A stretch of DNA of 64,000 nt from Dimorphilus gyrociliatus (taxonomy: Eukaryota; Animalia; Annelida): positions 1,332,510 to 1,396,509 of the forward strand of contig CAJFCJ010000007.1 in NCBI GenBank assembly GCA_904063045.1. The letters are read 5' to 3'. The notes beneath the pieces are model-generated. The model saw only the letters and a list, made by a program, of their open reading frames with translations. It did not search any database and was not told where the DNA came from. The position numbers were made by a program, and so were the translations under genes. Position 1 is the first letter of the stretch; every line of letters begins with the position of its first letter. Shown here piece by piece: positions 54,386 through 64,000 of the stretch.

Positions 54386-55649
54386 CTATGGTACTTCAGG
54401 TGCTGTAGCTATTAAATTATCATCAAGATCATCTTCGTCATAATCCAATTCACAAATTCTCGTTGAATCCTCAATAAATTCCTCATTTTCAACTTGAAAA
54501 GTTTTAAAAATGTACAAAAGCGACGAAACGAATAACATTGAACCTGATTTTTTTTATTGATAAGGAAGATAAATGAATAAAAATTGTTAACTACTGTTTA
54601 GAATTAATATTACCGGGAATAGCTGTCAACCAAGCATGTCGAACTTTGACCATACAACCAATCCCCAGTAGTAAATAAAATAATCCCCTTTTCCAGTCGT
54701 CAAAATATAATAGCATAGCCCAACAATCCGAACAACGACGCTGTTCTCTTCTGAGGGAAAAAACTAGGATTTTTTACTATATAAGGCGTAAATGAATCAA
54801 GAGGAAAATATTTCATGATCTAACGATAAGGACGTCTAAAATGGCTTTAGTTATATTGTATCAAACGCCTATAAGCATCCTTCCCGTTTGATCAACGTTT
54901 TAGATAAGTAGAAACATGTCAAATATATACAAACCTTAAGAAAGATGTACAACAAAAGTCAATAACAAAAAAACTTTCCAATATCGTTACTATTAATGCG
55001 CTGCATCTAAAAATATATATACAGTATATATAAACCCGTTTCTTTATATTAGCATATTACGTAAGAAGAAAAGAGAGGAAGAGAAAAGGAAAGAGAAAAG
55101 ATTTTTTTCATATCTCAAAATTTTATATATCGTTATTTTACAATTAATATAAATGGTATAATCAGCAAAGGCTGTTCGATAATAACTTCCTGATTTATTT
55201 CCAGTTATAATCAATAATTGAAGCTACAACAATTGTATAAATTCAATTAAAATTTTACGCATGCGTATTATAGATATTCCAATAATTCTTTATTGTTAAT
55301 AAAGCATGATATTTTTAAAAATAAAATTACTTACAGCAGATAGTAGCCTAGAAGAAGATAGTATCCGTTATTAATTTGTTCTGCTCCAACGCCGTATAAA
55401 GCTATTTTTTTCGATTAATGAAGACAAGGGAGATGGAAAGGAAAAAAGAAAGAAAAAACGATAAGAAATAACAAGGAATTTGTATTAGGCCCTTACAAAT
55501 TTTTCTCTTGATAATGATGTTTATAGTAAATAAATATAAATAGATAATTCAAAATAAACTTTACCTATTGCTGTTAAAATTGTAAAAGTTCTATATATAT
55601 AACTGAAAATGTTACATAAGGTTGATTTACAAAATTTCATCAAACTCAT
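54386..55649 (-). CDS. TMEM72-like (Flower/Cg6151-P family) small multi-pass membrane protein
   Basis: Not in the ORF track because the exons are short. Spliced reading: MSLMKFCK...RTFTILTAI / ALYGVGAE...GYYLL / CSALIVTILE... / DDWKRGLFYLLLGIGC...AWLTAIP / GSMLFVSSLLYIF, then an acidic tail. Resembles the TMEM72 segments VLIGVGTE and VTIPGSMLIITGLAYFL as recalled. Confidence 0.7.
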
Positions 55650-56608
55650 ATTCTTCACTTGAAGAAAGAAATGAGTCTGCAGTACAGTTGGATACTTTTT
55701 TCATCGATAGATGGCGAAGAAGTTGTGAAATAGATGCAGAAATGATTTTTAACTATTTATTCAAAAAAAAAGATCTCTTTTAATCTATTTTCGTATTATA
55801 ATTCTTAAAAAATTATGAATATACAAAGTATCAAGTAAACATAGAGAAAATTAATAATACTTGTATATCTATTATACAAATAAATAAGACAAGAAAAGAA
55901 ATTACAAAAAACTTCACAAGAATGGAAACCTTGTTGGCAAAATTATAGAAATTGTATACATAGATAATAAAAAAAACATCTTTTCTTTCTAAACAGCTTA
56001 TCAAAAGAGGTTATGTTAGTAGAACGTCGAAAAAGATCTGATTCTTTTATTCTAGTATCGTATATCAAATGAGCCTAGTTGAAGGTTTCTTTGATATTTA
56101 TCGGTGATGTTTGTAATAGTCGGAAACATTCTAGTTGATTTTGCGTACAGTAGAGATTTTACTTTAAAAGATAAGGAAAAATATCCCCAAATAGCTTCCT
56201 CTTCCGATAGTATTGACAATTCTACGTCATCACGTAGTCTAAATACAAATTACGTAGTCTGAAAAGATTTATAGAAACAATATACAAAACACAGTATATA
56301 CAGTATATATACTTACCATAACTATCTATTATTTAGTATTCAATAGCATTACAATTTGTAGTATTACAAGTATTTATTCTTATAATTTTAGAATAAACAG
56401 TAGAAGAATAATGTATAAATAAATAACAGAAATAAATGACAAACATTTTATAAAACTGTAATAGTTTATATTATTTCATTGTCAAAGTTTGAAGTGTTAA
56501 GAAGATAGACTGTAGAGAATGAAAATAATAATATAAATATAATCTCTTAGGCTTTTCTTTAACAAGTTTTTCAACTGTTGAAATGGAAAATATATTATAA
56601 TTGTTTCC

Positions 56609-59600
56609 TTACGAAGGGCTATTTTCCTCATTCCAACAATGTAATGTTTGTAGCTTTTGAACAAGTTTCTAAATATTATAAATATAATAACAGTAATGTT
56701 AGAAAAAAACAAAAATATGTAATCTAACAAATATTTCCAACAAACCTCGTTCTTAACATTTGTAATGGAATTTTGAAGAATCCTTTGTAAGGTTGTTTTA
56801 TTGATAAAATTATGCCACAAAAGGCGTTTTAACAAGGCTTCGAAATTCTCCCAAGAAACCTAATAAAATAATAAAATTCACATTCGATTTAATAGAGACT
56901 GAATGAATGAAATGAAGGTGAAAGGAGGGAACGTATAGACTCAAACTTACTTCTATATCTAGAGTTTCTTCAAAGAGTAATACATTTTTCGGACTAAGTA
57001 TACCTTGAAGATATGAACTTCTACATTTTTTCAAATAGCTTCTACTCCATAAAAATATAAACAACATCTGTACTTCTTCACTCCAAGTATGAGGATAGCT
57101 AATGGCTATTAAAAAGCCAAAATATAAAGGGAATTTTATTTCATACTAAACAAAATATAACTTACCTAATTGTACAGCCAATTCTAAACTACACGACATA
57201 AGAGCTTTGTCCCAATCGACAATAAGTTCGTTCTAATAATATTATATTTATTTTCAAATTGTACTAAATACTATATCTTATTGAATAAAAATTTATTTTA
57301 CCTCATTTTCTTGTATAAGATAAATGGCTTGCGATATTGTTTGTTTAATTGAGTTTATATTCGGGCTTGTTGTTGAAATTACACTTAATTGTAACAAATC
57401 CAAAAAAGAATTAAGAACTTTAGATGGTAAGAAAAATCCATCATCAGCTTCATTAATTTTACAATTAAGATCATCAAGATTTTTTAAACTATCTTCTTCA
57501 ATCTTTGTTTCGTCCATTAAATTATGATTTTGCGGTTTAGATACAATTTTTTCATAATGAGAGCTTATTTCCTTGAATAGTGTATCTGATAATATATATA
57601 AAATATATAATTATCATGTAGGATAGTATTTTCAGTTAAGATACCTGAATTAACGTATTGTTCCATCCAAGTTTGAACTTTACTTATGGACATTCTCTTG
57701 CATATTCTACTTGCAACCACAATAATTTGATCATTTGTAGAATCGTGCAGTAAAGCCTTAAGAATGTTATAAGCCTGCTGATCTGTCAACCTAAATGATA
57801 CGAACGCAATTAATTTTTAGTAAAGAATCTCAATGGAAAAAAACAAAAATGCTTTTTACATTTCAGCCTTCTTCGACACGTTATGTTGGCAATCTCTAGA
57901 TAATTGTTGTGCTTTTTCCTGCATTTTCTTACTTAATCTTAAAGTTGATATTAATCTATCGTGATTGTCTTCTACAGCGCTATTTCTACCAAACTCGTAA
58001 CATTCTTTTAATATCTCCTCAAATTGACTTAATTTAAAAGTTTTTATAGTATTTGATGCTAATCTCTCCGCAACGAAGATTGTTGTTTTTTTCAACGATG
58101 CAGGTTGATTATTGAAAAAGCTATCTTCTAACTCATTCTAAAAAAGATTAATAAGAAACAATATTAAATAGTATAAAAGTTATGTTGAAGGAAACAAAAA
58201 ACCTGTAACGAGGTAGTTTCAAGACGTTTAACTTCAATACCAGTATTCTGATAAGATAATGGCGTTATTTTTCTATGTTTACCACGAGTATTACACGTTC
58301 CCTCAGAAAACGACAAGAGCAAAGCAGACAATTCGGCTTTCAATTTTTAATAAAACCAATTATTATTTCGTTGAGAATTGAGCTATACTAACCTATAAAT
58401 GGAAATGTTTGATGGAAGAAAGACACATTTAATCTTTTACCAGCGTATCGAGAAGATTTAATAACTATCTTGTCATTTCTTTTCTTTTCGCATAAATTCG
58501 AATAAAGCAAATGACGGGGAAAGAAAGGTTGCTGAAAGAACCACGATAAACATGTGACAATAAGAAATTTTTCCGAGTTTTTATCGTTTTTCAACTCTTT
58601 TATACATTCTCTAAATACAGCCAGAAGAAGAATGCATAGATCGATAGTATATTGTACTTTAAATGCATATACATCAGCCATAGCCAAATAGCTGAAATGA
58701 TAATAAAAAATTAACTCTTGAATAAACTATTAAATAACATTACTATTAACTTACGTTGTAATCCAAGTAACATTATATAATAGATTTCCTGTTGTGCATG
58801 ATGATTTTAATATTGTTTTTAAATTCAAGTGAGGAGGTGAAATGTTTGATCTCATTTTAAGAATTGAAGGTAAAACTTTATCGGGTATCGTAGAGCCAGA
58901 TAATGGGAAAAAATGAATAAATCCAATATATTTAGCCAATAATTGCGATGTTTGTAATAGTTTTCTAAGTACATGTATATCAGTACATTTTTCCGATTCT
59001 ATTGTGAACTATTTTAATAGAAAATGTAATTAGTTCACTAAAAATTGAAACAAGGGAATAAAGTACGCACTTCCTGAAGTTTTGAGCAAAGAAATAGCTC
59101 TAATTGATTATGGAATGCTGCGTGGCTACCGTAAATAATAAACTCTTTAAAGAATAGCTGGAAGCCTGGAAATGAGGGTGGGGGAGCAGGTCCATTAATC
59201 TTTGCCGGCTTGACTAATCTCTCTTGTAAACTATTATTTTAATATAAGTATCGTAATTAAAGAATAATATAAGAAAGATACAGAAATATAATTACCGTCT
59301 TAACTTTTCAACATTTGTCTTTAGATTTTCAGCTAGCATTTGTTGTTCATTGTCATTTTCGATATCCCCATCGCTCATCTAATCATAAAATTGCTTCATA
59401 ACAATAAAACATTGAATAGATTCCATTAAATTATTACTTGTAGTAATTGACAAACAAATAGTCTACAAAAATGATAACAGACGGTCGAATCGCTAAGTGA
59501 AGAAACTAATGTAAAAATGCGATTTCCCATTGCCGTTCCTACAGCCCAATCATTTCGAGTATGCTGATTCTTCCATTCTCGTAAAAACGAATAGAAGCTA

Positions 59601-61400
59601 TCTCTGTTCATACATAATAATAAAAAAAATAAGTACGCTCTTATACGAGAATATTGATTAATCACACCTATGATTTTTGAACAAGTGAAAATGTGAAGTA
59701 GTCGGGAAATTTTGTTGATTATCAGTATCAGCTTGAAATGCAACACTGAAGAAAGCTTTTTGTTCTGTAAGATTCATCTGAAATATATTATAAAATAAGG
59801 GTTGACCTCAAAGGAAAAAAAATCAATCTAATTAAACCTACCATGCCGGCGCATTTTTCACTAATACTCTGTAGAAGTTTGGAAAATTCTGGACTCGATT
59901 CAACTATTCGTTGATTTTTTGCCAAAAGATTTACGAATTGCTTATCATAAAATTCTAAAAAACTTTTTAAAAACGGAAATTAAAAGTGAAAAATAGAAAA
60001 AATAATAGAATTTTAAAATATCTTCTTTTTTTTTATTACAAATACCTATATATTTTTTTTAACGTTTCCAGAGCGAAGAATACACAATTATGACTGGAAT
60101 TGAAATAACATATTTCCCCTATAAAAAGAATTTTAAATTTACTAATAAAATGTAAATTTGCTTCATAAACTTACTTTTTCGGCTATTTGACACTTCATTT
60201 ACATGCTTTACAGTCAATAATTGTATTGTGAAATAAATTTCGGTCAGTATACTTGGGACTAAAAATTCTATGAAAAAAAAATAGGCTATAAATTCAATTT
60301 CATTCAAAGAATCGATTAATCTTTCTAACCTAATATAATTGCCGAATATAGATCTGAAAATCTCTCCAATATTTCTTTAAATGTAACCAATTTCAAATCA
60401 ATTACAACTGGAGTTTGTATATTTTTTTGAGTATCATTTTCAACCAACTTATCATCAGCTATATCAAAGCTACTAGAATTGTCTCGTTCGTTTTCTGTCA
60501 TAGAGGTATTGCTGCTTTTAAATGGTGTATTAAATGTACTACCGCTAATTGACGAAATATTTCCAACTTGTCCTGATGCTACAGGAGAGAATGACTTATT
60601 AGAAATGTTCCCACTAATCCAAAAATTAATTTTTTCTTTAACTTATTAAATACTAATATATAAACTAATACAATGAAAAAATGTTTATAATATTGGAATA
60701 TTGGGAACCATTGATTTAGAATTGGACTTAAATTGGCTTTAACTGGAGTAGGAATAATTCTGCGAGGATTTCGTGGAGTACTTGATTTTGGGCTTACAAA
60801 TTGTTTTGTAGGCGTTTTCATACTCAATCCATCATGATCCTGCGTCTGCTTATCAGTAAAAGTATTTTCTTCTTTGACCTTCGCTTGGTTTCCCTTTATT
60901 CTATTTTCTAGATTTAGGAAATCTCCTATCAACATTGTATTCTTTAAACCACTTCTCTTCCTTATTGTATACTTTGAGTTTTCGCCAAACTTTGATTCAC
61001 TGTCATTTGACGCTGCAACATCAGAAAATAACTTTCCTCTTCTTGCAGAAGGCTTCCTCGGTCTTATATCTTTATTATCAAGACTCCTAGTCGAATGTAT
61101 GAATGTTTTGGTTGGTTTAATCGGCGACGGATTGACAGATTCTAATGACTCTAAAGCTTTTGCCGTTTGATAACGCAGAAAGTCAAGGAAAATTTCTATG
61201 AATTCTCCCCTATTACTTTTTTCATTAATTTCTGGCACCTTTTCGAACTATAAACCCAAAAAACACAAAAACTAGTTTTAATTTGAAAAAAAGTAGAAAA
61301 CTAATCAACTTACAATTTGCTTATCACCACTCTTTAACCATTCTATAACAACATTAGCTGTTATATCACCAGCAATAAAGCAATCCAAAACTCGTAACAT
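56609..61400 (-). CDS. CDAN1: Codanin-1 (multi-exon; 3-prime end approximate)
   Basis: Exon 1 MLRVLDCFIAGDITANVVIEWLKS and exon 2 RGEFIEIFLDFLRYQT resemble the codanin-1 N-terminus. Internal fragments FLVPSILTEIYFTIQLL, AKYIGFIHFFP and DKLISYCPYLGE-like / LRKFYDK-like segments are consistent. Confidence 0.8.
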
Positions 61401-61938
61401 GGCAAATGAACGTAACTTGTTATTGTTTGAAATCGAGCACGATCATCTATTTAGTTTACAAAATAGACATATAATTAGTTATTTTATCAAAGAGACATTT
61501 CTTGAAAACTAATAATTATATTATTAATATAAATTGTCTATTGACTGCATTTGTATTACTTTTAGTTTGAAATAAATATAAAACGAAAACAATTAAAAAC
61601 AATGCAACTTACTATTTTTGATATTTTGTCGGTTATAGATTACAACACAAGTGTGATTTGTGCTATCAGAATAGACTTTATTATGTTCTTGCACTACTTC
61701 TCCTGTTAGTATGCTTAGTAAAATTTACTTTAAGCGTAAAGCCAAAATGTTAAGAAAATATCGACTTTCCGCCAATTCTGCTTTAGTTCACGAAAGTTCC
61801 GGAAGTGGAAGTCTGCAGGTTCAGTAATGGACCTCATTTTATGCGAACGTGAGGCGTTTTGGAACTGGTAACCACATAAATGTCTACCAGTTTAATTACT
61901 CGATTGATTGTGTGAGCGATATAGTGTTACCACGCGTT
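61401..61938. promoter_or_regulatory. Bidirectional CDAN1/DDX18 promoter region
   Basis: Head-to-head ATGs 539 nt apart; TTTCCGCC (E2F-like) near 61766 and CCGGAAGT (ETS-like) at 61799. Confidence 0.5.
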
Positions 61939-64000
61939 ATGCCTAAAAATTCGGCAATAGCAAAGAAAGGCGTTCAGAATAAGAAAGCGAAGAAGCGACA
62001 GTTGGAAGCTAAATCAAAAGAAAAGCATACTGAAGGTTAGATCACCTTGAAATTGTAAACTATATTTAAATCCGTGCTAAATCACATGTGTTCCCTTCTT
62101 CAGGTCCAAAGAAAGTAAAGCAGCCAAAGCTGTCAAGAGAAATTATAGAGAAACATGAGACCGATAGTGAAGAATCTGATATCGAACAAAGTCAGGATGA
62201 GGTTGACATAGATTCTGGTGACTCTTCAAAAGACCAAGAAAATGGTGATGTCAAACGTTCGTATATACAAAATTTACGCAGTATCATTGCTAAATCTTCC
62301 ATGTTACTTTAACAGTTCCTGGTAGCAGCGTAGCATTTTCGATTCTTACTGACAAATCATTTGTAAACTTAAAGGATGTTGTTTGTGAGGAAACATTAAA
62401 AGCTATAAAGGACATGGGATTCGAAAATATGACAGAAATTCAAGCTAAAACTATTCCACCTCTATTAGAGGGACAGTAAGTTGAATAGGTTTTATAATTT
62501 TCTGTTCTATAATAGCATCTCATTTTAGTGACTTGATGGGTGCCGCTAAAACGGGAAGTGGCAAAACGTTGGCATTCTTAATTCCAGCCGTAGAGCTATT
62601 GCATAAACTAAAATTTATGCCCAGAAACGGTTGGTTACTTTGGTTTAATTATATTAGTTTTTTATTTTGGTATTTTATAAGGCACTGGCGTTATCATTAT
62701 ATCGCCAACTAGAGAATTAGCTATGCAAATTTTTGGAGTTGTGAAGGAATTGATGAATCACCATCCTCATACGTACGGTTTGATAATGGGTGGAACCAAC
62801 AGACAAGAGGAAGCGAAAAAGATTGCTAAAGGCGTAAATCTTATAGTCGCCACCCCAGGAAGGTTGTTATTTCTATTTTTTTTAAATATTATTTAGAGTT
62901 GAGAATATTTTTTTTTCAGACTTCTGGATCATTTACAAAATACTAATCATTTTATGTATAAAAATTTGCAATGTTTGATTATCGATGAGGCTGATCGTAT
63001 TTTGGATATTGGTTTTGAAGAAGAAATGAAACAAATTGTTAAGTTATTACCCAGTAGGTTATCTAATTCTCTTAGTGAGCAAAATTTGTAATAATACTAA
63101 TCGTTGTAGAAAAAAGACAAACGATGCTGTTTTCTGCTACACAAACGCGTAAAACTGAGGATTTAGCAAGAATTTCTCTAAAGAAAGAACCATTATATAT
63201 TGGCGTTGACGACAGTAAAGAAACGGCTACAGTTGATGGTTTGGAACAGGTTTGTTAATGATACGAATTTGGATATGATTGCTAAGCATAATTGTTTACA
63301 GGGCTACGTTATATGTCCTACTGATAAGCGATTTCTATTGCTCTTTACTTTCCTTAAGAAGAATAAGAAAAAGAAAATTATGGTATTTTTAAGTTCTTGT
63401 ATGAGTGTTAAATTCTACAATGAACTATTGAACTATATTGATTTACCAGTTACTTGCATTCACGTAAGTAGTTATCGCTATTAGAAATCTAAATAAAAAG
63501 TTTTATCTCTCCTTCAGGGAAAACAAAAGCAGACCAAGAGAACTCATACTTTTTTCGAATTTTGCAACGCAAAGGAAGCAATTCTCCTCTGTACAGATGT
63601 TGCAGCCAGAGGATTGGATATCCCTATGGTTGATTGGATAATTCAATTTGACCCACCAGATGATCCTTCAGAATACATTCATCGAGTAGGCAGAACTGCC
63701 AGAGGTGAAGGTGGCAAAGGTCATGCTCTTTTAATTCTCCAACCAGAAGAAGTTGGCTTTCTTCGTTACTTGAAGAAAGCTAAAGTTCCTGTTAGTGAAT
63801 TTGAGTTTTCTTGGGCTAAAGTGTCTAACATTCAACCACAACTAGAAAAACTTATAGAAAAAAATTATTTTCTACACAAAAGCGCACAAGAAGCCTATAA
63901 GAGCTATGTTAGAGCATATGCTTCACACAGTTTGAAAAATATATTTGACATAAATGAGCTGGATCTACAGTTGGTAGCTAAGAGTTTTGGATTTAGTGTT
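61939..64000 (+). CDS. DDX18: DEAD-box RNA helicase DDX18/Has1 (partial, runs off the window)
   Basis: Q motif [78 protein letters not shown]. Confidence 0.96.

Overview
AT-rich animal genomic DNA with very short spliceosomal GT-AG introns (mostly about 45-100 nt) and intergenic gaps often only 200-300 nt. This points to a strongly compacted invertebrate genome; a miniature annelid such as Dimorphilus would fit, but that is inference only. About 19 protein-coding genes are supported. From left to right: a tandem cluster of five divergent paralogues with ankyrin-like helical repeats and a C-terminal BC-box (SOCS/VHL-box-like) module; a ~5 kb gene-poor gap; a large Crumbs-like EGF/LamG receptor; a TIR-less LRR receptor; UHRF1; a sixth, dispersed BC-box paralogue; CEP63; an adenosine receptor; CHFR; a GPI-anchored melanotransferrin; a CARD-only protein; BCKDHB; a MEGF/SCARF-like EGF receptor; TMEM72-like; CDAN1; and DDX18, which runs off the right edge. 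No tRNA, rRNA, CRISPR array or intact transposon was recognised. The best candidate for an undescribed system is the six-member family of putative Elongin BC/Cullin substrate adaptors, which share family-specific motifs and lack the canonical Cul5 LPxP signature. All gene models and alignments were made by eye; no searches were run.
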